A stretch of 63,885 bases of DNA, counting the filler, from Octopus bimaculoides (lineage: Eukaryota), in assembly GCF_001194135.2 (NCBI RefSeq). It is 8 parts of 7 records of this genome, joined end to end, with 100 filler letters (N's around TTAATTAATTAA, not from the genome) between each part and the next. Parts side by side here need not be neighbours in the genome. Positions count along the whole stretch, not along the records: positions 22,158 to 49,026 come from NC_068993.1; positions 49,127 to 51,912 come from NW_026335881.1; 6 more parts are not named here. One strand, given 5' to 3'. A program made the translations under genes and the position numbers. The notes beneath the pieces are model-generated. The model worked only from the letters and a program-made list of their open reading frames with translations, had not been told where the DNA came from and ran no database searches. Positions within the stretch are counted from its first letter, which is position 1. Each line of letters opens with the position of its first letter. Below, piece after piece: positions 38,486 to 50,670 of the stretch.

Positions 38486-39113
38486 TAAACCACTAAACCA
38501 CGCCACAATAATTCTGTTTTTTTTTTCTCCCTCACTCCGCAAAATCAACAGGAATTACTTTAATATTTTATTACACTTTATGTCCATTTTCCGTATGTCT
38601 CTCAACGTCAGAGACGAAAAGCAATTGTCGAAGAATTTCTCATTAATATATACATTTTTTTTTGTATTTCGCGATTGAAATTCTTTATATTCTTCTCTCT
38701 ACAGAACCGTATGTATTTTATTCCATATTTTTCATTGTTTCCTCCTGTTTCGTTTATTGTAATATTTGTCTGAGGCCGTCATTATTTCTAAAGGTGAGAG
38801 GTCCATTTTTTCTTTCCTCGGGTTTACCGTGTTTCCTCGGGAAATTTCACCTAACATCTAATATGGTGATCCTCTGATTTCAGCATTCCAATTAACCCTT
38901 TAGATTTTCATTCCCCACTCAGGAATGCTTTTATTAAAAGAATCGAATGAGACTCTTTGGGTCCTCTTAGTTCTTCGTAATTTTTGCTGCCCCCTTACAT
39001 ACATCTGCTCCTCTTCTTTCCCTCGCAATAATGGCCGCAGCAGAGTATATCTTAGTTAATGAATTTATGTGTCAGAGGACACAGCATTTTTAATTAAATC
39101 TTTTAACGCAATA

Positions 39114-39114
<1 letters not shown>

Positions 39115-39153
<39 letters not shown>

Positions 39154-39220
39154 TATTATTATTATTATTATTACCAACATCATCACATTTATTATTATTA
39201 CTATTATTGTTGTTGTTGTT

Positions 39221-39251
<31 letters not shown>

Positions 39252-39369
39252 TCATTATTATTCTTCAGTAGTTTTATTTTAACAATAATAATAATAATAA
39301 TAATAATTGCCATCATCATCACATTTATTATTATTACTATTATTTTTATTATTATCATTATTATTATTA

Positions 39370-39439
<70 letters not shown>

Positions 39440-39528
39440 TATCATCATCATGTTTATTATTATCATTATTATTATTATTATCATTATTATTATTATTATT
39501 ATCATCATTATTGTTGTTGTTGTTGCTG

Positions 39529-39571
<43 letters not shown>

Positions 39572-39588
39572 CATCATTATTATTGTTG

Positions 39589-39653
<65 letters not shown>

Positions 39654-39690
39654 GTTATTATTATTATTATTAGTTGTTGTTGTTGTTAGC
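39115..39690. repeat. (ATT)n microsatellite block
   Basis: Direct inspection. Confidence 0.95.
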
Positions 39691-39739
39691 TTTTGTTCGT
39701 ATTCTTTCTTTTCTGTTCTCGTTGTTCGATTTCTGACAG

Positions 39740-39791
39740 AAACGTATAATTAAGTTGTAAATTTCGGTGTCAAGCTCTGTCACGGTTGTCG
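39740..39791 (+). other. Candidate 52-nt non-coding (5'UTR or poison) exon
   Basis: Long pyrimidine tract plus CTGACAG acceptor and a CG|GTGAGT donor; stops in all three frames. Confidence 0.3.
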
Positions 39792-40216
39792 GTGAGTTAC
39801 ATTCCCTCAGGATATCGTTCTTGTGGTTCTGCTGTTTGTTCTGCAAATTCATCGTAAACAACAACAACAACAACGACAAAATAAACAAAAAAAAATACGA
39901 CATAAATAAAAAAAAATAAAAATATATATAATATGCTTCGCGCTAAGTCTTTCCTTTGACCGTTTTGACTTCCCTTTCGTTAATTGGTTGATTAATTTTC
40001 AGTTTTATCTTACAACCATCCTTGATTCGCATCTATTTATAAACGGTAGAAAATCAAAGATGGTGGCGAAGTAAAAACTACGTCAAAGATGGCGCTAAGA
40101 TAAAATACAACTTTCACCGACGAGCGGGAGGAACTCTGTGTGGTAGCTCCGCGTGCTGGATATAACAGCTAAATCTTCTTCAAACAACACCCTACTTTCT
40201 TTTAACAAAACGATGA

Positions 40217-40375
40217 GGCGCAAGCGTGGCTTTGTGGTAAGAAGCTTGCTTCCCGATCACATGGTTCCTGGTTTAGTCCCACTGTGTGATACCTTAGGCA
40301 ATTGCTTGCTACTATAGCCTTGGGTCGACCAAAGACTTGTGAGTGGATTTGGTAGACGGAAATTGAAAGAAGCCC
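40217..40375 (+). mobile_element. SINE family A module
   Basis: ggcgcaagcgtggctttgtggtaagaagcttgcttccc...gtgagtggatttggtagacggaaattgaaagaagccc. Confidence 0.85.
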
Positions 40376-40800
40376 NNNNNNNNNNATATATACTTTTCTA
40401 CAGAAGTTGGATGCAGGGGTTTTTATTGGAACCAGACTCAGTTGATGGCAGCTACCAGTTGGCGTCAGACGTCGTCAAGCATACGACATCGTGAAGAAGA
40501 CCCAGGGGACAGTTGAGAGAGCCAACAACTGGATATAACTGTAAAGGAATGACGAAACCTGACTGCAGAGGTCTGATCCCTAATGGACTTGAGATCGAAT
40601 ACCAATCACTCGAGCCATTATGTACAAGTTTAGTTCAATGAGGGAGGCCGGTGCACTGTGAAAGCATTTGGAGGAAGGTCTCGAAATGGTACGTATTTTC
40701 TCCTGGTGACTCCCGAAAATTCCAGGTATTCGCTTTGTGGGGTTTTTTAATTGACCGTACTTGCATAAGCTAACAATTTGCAAGTGCCTCCTCTCTCTCT

Positions 40801-40861
<61 letters not shown>

Positions 40862-41277
40862 CATACATACTTACGTACAAGCATATACATACATATCTGG
40901 ACAACACATACACAAACTGCCTGTCTAGCTGTTCGATCAATGAACGAACTATTCATAGGAATTGGCGTGTAAGTGGCTGAGTATTCCACAGATATGTGTA
41001 ACCTTAACGTGATTTTCATTTAGAATCGATAGAAGTAAATGCACGACGGACTTCTACACAGTTTCCATCGGCTCAGTATTTTTAATCACAAAGTTGGAGA
41101 TCGTTTGAAATTATGGTGAAGACACTTGTTCAATTGCTGTACGGTGGGATTGAAAACGGAGCGATGCAAAATTCTTGACCACTCGACAATTCCTGCATCT
41201 CCTCTTTCTCTCCATTTCTCACTCACCTCTATTAATCAATCAATCAATCAATCAATCAATCATGTATNNNNNNNNNN

Positions 41278-41322
<45 letters not shown>

Positions 41323-42998
41323 TGGACACACAGACATGCAACGCCGTGAACTCGATGTACATATATGCTTAGTCATTTCGTTACCAATTTTGCACGCCTT
41401 GTGTGCGAGTGGTGACTACCACGACCACCACGACTACCACGATCGCCACCACGAAGATGATGATGAATGATGATGACTACGATGATGATGACGATGATGA
41501 TGATGATGGCAGCGGCGTTTCGGCTTTACTCGATTACGTTTCCCAGCGTCATTCAGTGAGAGCGAGTGGCTTTATCTGCTTTATCTGCTTTATCTTGTCG
41601 TCTGGCAATATGGCGGCGGAGAGTAACATGATTTAACATACCAATTTACCGCCACCGCTACGTATCAGAGATTAACTAAATTGATGCTTTTGGGTAATTG
41701 GCTAATTTACTCAGGTTTAAATGTTTAAATTAGCACAAATTGCTATATTGTCCCCCATCTTCCTTCATTTTCTTTTTTCTCCTCTTGCCTTTCACTCTTC
41801 TTCTTCTTCTTCTTCTTCTTCTTCTTCTTCTTCTTCTTCTTCTTCTTCTTCTTCTTCTTCTTCTTCTTCTTCTTCTCCTCCTTCTTTCTCCTCCCCCTCC
41901 TCCCCCTCCTCCTCCTCCTCCTCCTCACCATCATCATCATCATCATCATCATNNNNNNNNNNNNNNNNNNNNNNNNNNNNNNNNNNNNNNNNNNNNNNNN
42001 NNNNNNNNNNNNNNNNNNNNNNNNNNNNNNNNNNNNNNNNNNNNNNNNNNNNNNNNNNNNNNNNNNNNNNNNNNNNNNNNNNNNNNNNNNNNNNNNNNNN
42101 NNNNNNNNNNNNNNNNNNNNNNNNNNNNNNNNNNNNNNNNNNNNNNNNNNNNNNNNNNNNNNNNNNNNNNNNNNNNNNNNNNNNNNNNNNNNNNNNNNNN
42201 NNNNNNNNNNNNNNNNNNNNNNNNNNNNNNNNNNNNNNNNNNNNNNNNNNNNNNNNNNNNNNNNNNNNNNNNNNNNNNNNNNNNNNNNNNNNNNNNNNNN
42301 NNNNNNNNNNNNNNNNNNNNNNNNNNNNNNNNNNNNNNNNNNNNNNNNNNNNNNNNNNNNNNNNNNNNNNNNNNNNNNNNNNNNNNNNNNNNNNNNNNNN
42401 NNNNNNNNNNNNNNNNNNNNNNNNNNNNNNNNNNNNNNNNNNNNNNNNNNNNNNNNNNNNNNNNNNNNNNNNNNNNNNNNNNNNNNNNNNNNNNNNNNNN
42501 NNNNNNNNNNNNNNNNNNNNNNNNNNNNNNNNNNNNNNNNNNNNNNNNNNNNNNNNNNNNNNNNNNNNNNNNNNNNNNNNNNNNNNNNNNNNNNNNNNNN
42601 NNNNNNNNNNNNNNNNNNNNNNNNNNNNNNNNNNNNNNNNNNNNNNNNNNNNNNNNNNNNNNNNNNNNNNNNNNNNNNNNNNNNNNNNNNNNNNNNNNNN
42701 NNNNNNNNNNNNNNNNNNNNNNNNNNNNNNNNNNNNNNNNNNNNNNNNNNNNNNNNNNNNNNNNNNNNNNNNNNNNNNNNNNNNNNNNNNNNNNNNNNNN
42801 NNNNNNNNNNNNNNNNNNNNNNNNNNNNNNNNNNNNNNNNNNNNNNNNNNNNNNNNNNNNNNNNNNNNNNNNNNNNNNNNNNNNNNNNNNNNNNNNNNNN
42901 NNNNNNNNNNNNNNNNNNNNNNNNNNNNNNNNGCAAAGTCGACCTCGGCCGAGTTTGAACTCAATGATAATGGTGATGATAATAATAATAATAAAAAC

Positions 42999-43052
<54 letters not shown>

Positions 43053-43789
43053 CTTTTCTACTATAGGCACAAGGCCTGGATTTTGTGGGGAGGGGGATAT
43101 AGTTGAACAACGAAGACTCACCACAGGGCGAAACGTCCTGTGGCCTTTGTTCCGGTTCTATACAAGAGGAATAATTTCCGATACCAAAAAAGATTATTTC
43201 AGTACTTTTTTCCCTTGCAAACTACGTATTTTATCCAAAGCAGAATATTCATTTTATACGCCATTATATAACGACTGCAGATGCAAAACATGGAAACCCA
43301 GCTGTCTGTCATTAAATCAAACTTCAAACAGAATCTCTCAAACCATTTCTTTCATTACATTTCCGGTTTAGAATGTACATATTTTTAAAGATTAAATTAA
43401 AGTTTCTGAAAATTTGTGACAGCTTATTCTTTATTTTTATCATTTTATTTTTTTTAAATATCAAAAATCTTTAAGCGTGTTTGCACATTTTTTAAAAAGA
43501 ACCTTAAGGAGCCTTCAACGGACAAAATCTGCAGAGCAACGATTCTTTTAGTATGTGTATTGACTGAGAAATGGGTAGATGCTGTCAAAGAAGCCATACC
43601 CAGTTTTCATTGTACTTGGAACCAACTTGGACATAATTGCATCAGCTGGGTGATGGCATGTGTATATTCTTTCCTGGGGTTGTAACAAACATATATACAC
43701 TCTCATATATACATGTGCACAGTCACTCACATACATTCACAGGTACACACTCATTCATTGAAACTCACATGCATATATTCTCATTATGT

Positions 43790-43842
<53 letters not shown>

Positions 43843-44447
43843 NNNNNNNNNNNNNNNNNNNNNNNNNNNNNNNNNNNNNNNNNNNNNNNNNNNNNNNNNN
43901 NNNNNNNNNNNNNNNNNNNNNNNNNNNNNNNNNNNNNNNNNNNNNNNNNNNNNNNNNNNNNNNNNNNNNNNNNNNNNNNNNNNNNNNNNNNNNNNNNNNN
44001 NNNNNNNNNNNNNNNNNNNNNNNNNNNNNNNNNNNNNNNNNNNNNNNNNNNNNNNNNNNNNNNNNNNNNNNNNNNNNNNNNNNNNNNNNNNNNNNNNNNN
44101 NNNNNNNNNNNNNNNNNNNNNNNNNNNNNNNNNNNNNNNNNNNNNNNNNNNNNNNNNNNNNNNNNNNNNNNNNNNNNNNNNNNNNNNNNNNNNNNNNNNN
44201 NNNNNNNNNNNNNNNNNNNNNNNNNNNNNNNNNNNNNNNNNNNNNNNNNNNNNNNNNNNNNNNNNNNNNNNNNNNNNNNNNNNNNNNNNNNNNNNNNNNN
44301 NNNNNNNNNNNNNNNNNNNNNNNNNNNNNNNNNNNNNNNNNNNNNNNNNNNNNNNNNNNNNNNNNNNNNNNNNNNNNNNNNNNNNNNNNNNNNNNNNNNN
44401 NNNNNNNNNNNNNNNNNNNNNNNNNNNNNNNNNNNNNNNNNNNNNNN

Positions 44448-44570
44448 TGGACTTACCTTTGTCCCCTGTTTCCGAAGAGAGGGCTTTGCTCGAAATGTAA
44501 AACCACCTTTCTTTCCTTCCTTGAGCGTCTGCTAATATTTTACAAGTACCACGTACTTGCGTTGTTGTTT
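44448..44570 (+). mobile_element. Penelope-like pLTR fragment (hammerhead-like motif, degenerate)
   Basis: ctgtttccgaagagagggctttGCTCGAAATGTAaaac...ttgagcgtctgctaata; homologous to the 37140-37235 copy. Confidence 0.5.
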
Positions 44571-44595
44571 TTTGTGTTTATGCTTCGTTTTGTTT

Positions 44596-44631
44596 TTGGA
44601 TTTACTATATATATATATATAGTAAATCCAA
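44596..44631. repeat. Perfect 36-bp palindrome centred on (TA)8
   Basis: TTGGATTTAC-(TA)8-GTAAATCCAA; imperfect extension to about 44570-44650. Confidence 0.95.
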
Positions 44632-44719
44632 CGAAGCACAAACACAAAAAAACACAAAATACAAGAAAACGAAGCACAAACACAAAAACACAAAATACAA
44701 AAAAAAAAAAGCAGAAGAC

Positions 44720-44835
44720 ATAGACAGGTGAGGGGGGCAACAAACAAGGTGTATTAGTTTGATGCTGAGCAAAAAATGGACGGGTATTTGACGTTTTGAA
44801 CCTCCACTCTTCCTCAGAAAGGAATGATGAAAGAA
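44720..44835 (-). mobile_element. Penelope-like pLTR fragment (hammerhead-like motif), inverted relative to 44448-44570
   Basis: Minus strand of 44791-44817 reads CTGAGGA-A-GAGT-GGAG-GTTC-AAAACGT(C), then ctcagcatcaaactaatacacc. Confidence 0.5.
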
Positions 44836-45069
44836 AACAACAGAGAGGGGAAAAAACTGAGCGAGAAAAACTGTCTGGATTACTGGTTTCATATGTTGAA
44901 TTCACCGGAAGGAAGGAAGATGTTGGGTGCACATATATTACTTTTATTCGTACAAATAAAAGCGTACTCAACACCCGGAATACTTTTTTGTATTTATTGA
45001 AAACAAAAACCTCATTAAATCATTCATTCCATTGCTAAACAAAGTTTCACATAAGGATACAGAATATAA

Positions 45070-45620
45070 ATGGATAATCAACCAGACTATATTGTAGAGA
45101 AAGGTGAGAAATGTCATATGCGTTGAGAACTTGCTAGATCGGTTTTCATTGGTCAGCCTCCGCATATGATCGGATTCGTTGTAGATTCACAGATGGCATG
45201 GCTCCTGTTTGTCGAGTTATTGTGGTGTAAAGGATGATAGTTCATTTCATCTATGAGTGTCAATAGTGATTACTCCGTAAAGCTGGCTCAAACAGGTTTT
45301 TATGGTATACTAGCGACAAAAATAACTTTCAAGTGAAACTTCCTACAGTGGTGGCTTTTGGAGAATATCTCCGATCTTCGCGTCGATTCAAGAAACAGAA
45401 CTTTTCTGCTAAGTGAAGCATGCAGTACGGTTCCGCTGAAGGATAGAGTGGCACAATCAGCAATATTCTTGAGTAATTGCCCTTGACTCAGTTTTCCTCA
45501 ACGCTACACCAGTTCCATCAAATATACAACAGACCCGACCATGTGACTAGCGTTAACTACTGAGAACCGATTAAACAAATGGTCTACGGCAAAATACCTC
45601 ACACCATTATTCACAAACAA
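45070..45620 (-). pseudogene. Highly decayed LINE (RTE-like) RT fragment
   Basis: Minus-strand pieces NGVR..HLFNRFS, ADCATLSFS, LIDEMNYH and HMRRL..NIVW occur in the order expected for GVRQG..LFN, ADDxAL, IDxEINxRI and HxRxL..IxW. Many frameshifts. Confidence 0.4.
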
Positions 45621-46047
45621 TGTGGTTGATTGCACGGTTGTGTTCTGCATGCGTGAATGAAATTAAGAGTATAAATGCAGTGAATAGCTAAGTGTACATA
45701 CATATACACACACATATACATACGTATCTACATACAAACACATACACACGCATACATACAAACACATGCACACACATATACATATATGCATATGTATATA
45801 TACGTACACACAAATACATAAATATATATATATACATATATACACTAACATATACATGTATGAGTGTATATGTATGTAAACTTTAAGAAGTTTAACTTAT
45901 AGCCACACAGTATATATATCAGCCGTGTACCCGTTTTATCGAACCGTATTTGTCGATATGCTTAGTTATGGTCATAAAATTACCCAATATAAACTACACA
46001 CACACACACACACACACATATATACACACACATGCATATCTACGTAC

Positions 46048-46089
<42 letters not shown>

Positions 46090-47374
46090 CCTTACAAACA
46101 CGCATACATATAAATTGACACACACACACACAAATTCATGCATATACATACACACGCAGTATTATTGTTCGTTAGCTAATTGTTTCTTGATGATAATACA
46201 AATTTACTTCACACGTATACTTTACGAAGATTTCCTGTATAAATTATCANNNNNNNNNNNNNNNNNNNNNNNNNNNNNNNNNNNNNNNNNNNNNNNNNNN
46301 NNNNNNNNNNNNNNNNNNNNNNNNNNNNNNNNNNNNNNNNNNNNNNNNNNNNNNNNNNNNNNNNNNNNNNNNNNNNNNNNNNNNNNNNNNNNNNNNNNNN
46401 NNNNNNNNNNNNNNNNNNNNNNNNNNNNNNNNNNNNNNNNNNNNNNNNNNNNNNNNNNNNNNNNNNNNNNNNNNNNNNNNNNNNNNNNNNNNNNNNNNNN
46501 NNNNNNNNNNNNNNNNNNNNNNNNNNNNNNNNNNNNNNNNNNNNNNNNNNNNNNNNNNNNNNNNNNNNNNNNNNNNNNNNNNNNNNNNNNNNNNNNNNNN
46601 NNNNNNNNNNNNNNNNNNNNNNNNNNNNNNNNNNNNNNNNNNNNNNNNNNNNNNNNNNNNNNNNNNNNNNNNNNNNNNNNNNNNNNNNNNNNNNNNNNNN
46701 NNNNNNNNNNNNNNNNNNNNNNNNNNNNNNNNNNNNNNNNNNNNNNNNNNNNNNNNNNNNNNNNNNNNNNNNNNNNNNNNNNNNNNNNNNNNNNNNNNNN
46801 NNNNNNNNNNNNNNNNNNNNNNNNNNNNNNNNNNNNNNNNNNNNNNNNNNNNNNNNNNNNNNNNNNNNNNNNNNNNNNNNNNNNNNNNNNNNNNNNNNNN
46901 NNNNNNNNNNNNNNNNNNNNNNNNNNNNNNNNNNNNNNNNNNNNNNNNNNNNNNNNNNNNNNNNNNNNNNNNNNNNNNNNNNNNNNNNNNNNNNNNNNNN
47001 NNNNNNNNNNNNNNNNNNNNNNNNNNNNNNNNNNNNNNNNNNNNNNNNNNNNNNNNNNNNNNNNNNNNNNNNNNNNNNNNNNNNNNNNNNNNNNNNNNNN
47101 NNNNNNNNNNNNNNNNNNNNNNNNNNNNNNNNNNNNNNNNNNATATATATGTATGTATGTATGCATGTATGTATGTATGTATGCATGTATGTACGTACGT
47201 ACGTATGTGTATATATATATATATATATATGTATATATGGAGTGGCTGTGTATATATGTGGCTATGTATATATGTATATGTATGTACATCGTGTCTTGCA
47301 ATTAACCGATATTAAACCGAGAGGCCGTTCATTCTCCACCCACGTTATTCCGTCAAAATCTTCAGTGGAATAAT

Positions 47375-47439
47375 TTGAAAGGCAGAGAAATGGAAAGAGG
47401 GAAGGAGGGAGGGAGGGAGTGCTTGAAGGGGAGGATTGG

Positions 47440-47490
<51 letters not shown>

Positions 47491-47500
47491 NNNNNNNNNN

Positions 47501-47537
<37 letters not shown>

Positions 47538-47702
47538 GAGAAGGGACGAGGTGTGGAGGTGATATAGACAGACAGACGGAGAATCGAACAGATGGACAGA
47601 TATATGAACAGGCAGACATATATATACACATACATACACAGACACACATAGACATATACACACGCGCACACACAGGCACACACAGGCACACGCACTCACA
47701 CA

Positions 47703-47763
<61 letters not shown>

Positions 47764-47773
47764 TTATATATGG

Positions 47774-47815
<42 letters not shown>

Positions 47816-48172
47816 ATTGCTAGATGGATAGGTACATCGATAGGGAGAGAAAGAAAGAGAGAAAAAGGGAGAGAGAGATGGATGGATAGACAGACTGACA
47901 GGTGGTCAGGCAGGTAAACAAATACAGATAGAAAAACAGACAGGTAAATTGATAGATAGAGAGCTAAAACGAGAGAGAGAGAGAGAGAAATGGGTTGAGT
48001 AACAGAAGCTGAGATATAGTTTGATATTGGTAGATAAAGAGAAAAAGAGAGAGGGAGTGAGAGAAGATGGTGAAGAGAGACACAGAAGATGAGATATAGT
48101 TAGATATATAGGGGGAGTGAGAGAGAGATAGATAGGTAGAAGAAGAGAGGAAGAGAGAGTGAGAGGAGAAGG

Positions 48173-48211
<39 letters not shown>

Positions 48212-48214
48212 TGT

Positions 48215-48245
<31 letters not shown>

Positions 48246-48332
48246 AGTAAGTAAAATGGGAAAGTTAGGCGGAGAAAGAGAGAAAATGGAAGAGAAAGAC
48301 AGAAGCAGACTGTTAGATAGATAGGTAGATAA

Positions 48333-48368
<36 letters not shown>

Positions 48369-48870
48369 ATAAATAGATAGATAGATAGATAGTTAAGTGA
48401 GTAGCTAGATGGGTAAATAGATATATAGATTGATTGATTGATTGATTGATAGATAAATTAATAGATAGTTAGATTGATAGATAGATACATAGATTCATAG
48501 ATATATAGATAGATTCGTAGAGAGTTAGATAGATAGATAAATAAATAGATAGAGAGAGACAGACATATAAGTTAATAGATAGATAGATACATAAATTCAT
48601 AGATAGACAGATATGGATGCAAAGTAAGAGAGAGAGAGAGAGAGAAAGGGAGGGAGGGAGAGAGAGAAGCATAGGATGGAAAAGTTAATTTGAAAAGGTA
48701 ATATGTCGTATGTATGGAAGATGATTCAATGATGAAAATGGAGGGAAGGGAGGAGTTAGAGAAGAAAAAGAAGAAAGACGAGTATTAGGTAGGGGGAAGG
48801 GGAGGGAGCGGATTGAGAGAAAAAGGCGGGGGTTACGTAGGAGGAGGAAGGAGGAGGAAGAAGAGGAGGT
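47375..48870. repeat. Purine-biased (GA)n/(GATA)n compound low-complexity block
   Basis: Direct inspection. Confidence 0.85.
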
Positions 48871-49769
48871 GCTGGAGGAGGTTGGGCAGTTTGTTGGTGT
48901 TCCCGGAGAAAAGAAACGTTCAATAATTTCTTGTCCCTTGATCTTCAACGATGGACACGTGTGATTAATTAGTAGCCAGCAACGTTAATTGCACTAACTG
49001 GTTGATATGTGTGTGTGGGGGGGGGGNNNNNNNNNNNNNNNNNNNNNNNNNNNNNNNNNNNNNNNNNNNNTTAATTAATTAANNNNNNNNNNNNNNNNNN
49101 NNNNNNNNNNNNNNNNNNNNNNNNNNGCGTTAATGATGATGGTAATGGTGTCTGAATTTTTTGCAAGTCTACTTGTTGAGGTTAGACCGATCTGCAACGT
49201 TTGCTTCCATCGTCATTTGGGTACAACACGAATTTTTTTGTCATCGATCAGTCTTCCACAATGTACTTTGGCTAGGTGTTTAACGGATTTCTATCATATA
49301 TCCAAAGCGTTCTAAGGCTTTAAATTTTAAATATTCCTTGGTAGGGATAAGGTAGGACAAAGCTTATCAATGATGTGTGGTCAATTAGTTCATAATTATG
49401 ATAGAACTTTTTTTTTCATTTTCATAGAGGTTTTTGTTGACTTTAAAATGTGTTCGATAAACTTTACTTTAAATTGCAAATTATGGTTAGACGTTAATAT
49501 AATGACATTCTGATAAGTAGATTATCTCCCTTGGCTAGGCGGCTCTCCATGCAGACAAATCTACTTCTGCAGACTACCCATGCCCTTGTTGTTGTGTGGT
49601 CTTGTTTAGCACATGTTTATAACATTTATTGTCAATTATAATGTTGTTATGTTGGCATACTGTCCCGTGGATATAACTACTTAGGGTTAAGAGATTTATA
49701 TTCTGCTACTAAGTGTATTGATAAATAAATTCAGAGCAAATAACTAATGATCCTAGAGTTATTTCCCTT

Positions 49770-50130
49770 CGTCTATATATATGGATATTTATATGCCGTG
49801 TGTCTGTATACATGATAGTTGCAAGCTCGTGTTCGAGTATAGCCATCTCCAGATCGAAAGTCTCAGACATGCGAAGGCTACGACCAGCCATTTTTGTGAC
49901 AGGTCTTACTTTTTTTTCAAGCGATGCCTGTGCATGATGAAAAGATTTGCACAAATCTATTCCTACTCTCTGAACATGGACAACATAAACTCGAAAAGAA
50001 GAACTAGTCTGCATCATCGAATTTTGTTAGTGTCGCAGGTTTTCCCTCAGAGTTTCCCTCTCTTAGAGAAATGTTGTGACAACAGAGGGACCTCCAGTGG
50101 GCCAACTGCATGCCTGGACACCAACCCAGG
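49770..50130 (-). mobile_element. Possible 5' end (UTR plus start of APE) of an RTE LINE
   Basis: Minus strand has gagagggaaactctgagggaaaacc, similar to the remembered RTE 5'UTR motif GAAGGAAAACTCTGA. It is followed by MAILEHELATIMYTD, similar to KLAxLExELxRxxID. Confidence 0.3.
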
Positions 50131-50670
50131 TATTTTCACGTCTCCATGCATACATACGCATGTACACATTGTTGTATGGTCATTGACTGTGCATGCGCTC
50201 TTCCGCCCTTTGACAGNNNNNNNNNNNNNNNNNNNNNNNNNNNNNNNNNNNNNNNNNNNNNNNNNNNNNNNNNNNNNNNGGGGTTGTCAATTTAGTTGCC
50301 GACAACCTGACCATACAACATATGTATGTGTGTGTGTGTGTATATACACACATATGCTCAGTAATAATTAAACTATCAATGACCATACAAGCATAATGTG
50401 TAATGNNNNNNNNNNNNNNNNNNNNNNNNNNNNNNNNNNNNNNNNNNNNNNNNNNNNNNNNNNNNNNNNNNNNNNNNNNNNNNNNNNNNNNNNNNNNNNN
50501 NNNNNNNNNNNNNNNNNNNNNNNNNNNNNNNNNNNNNNNNNNNNNNNNNNNNNNNNNNNNNNNNNNNNNNNNNNNNNNNNNNNNNNNNNNNNNNNNNNNN
50601 NNNNNNNNNNNNNNNNNNNNNNNNNNNNNNNNNNNNNNNNNNNNNNNNNNNNNNNNNNNNNNNNNNNNNA

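Noticed and set aside
40440-40600. RRPRGQ...LDITVKE as an RTE C-terminal remnant
   Set aside because: Needs a frameshift and matches only a few residues; not enough to call.
41721-43371. Longest listed ORFs (400-540 aa), and similar ones at 24.2, 25.6, 29.0, 43.6, 46.0, 54.5 and 58.0 kb
   Set aside because: Mostly X residues read through N gaps, plus microsatellite flanks.
43500-43686. Open frame containing TEKWVDAVKEAIP (PH-domain-like or LINE C-terminus-like)
   Set aside because: Too short, no supporting motifs, no donor site.
47375-48870. Purine-rich block as a functional triplex/H-DNA element
   Set aside because: Physically plausible, but such tracts are ubiquitous in this window, so there is no locus-specific signal.
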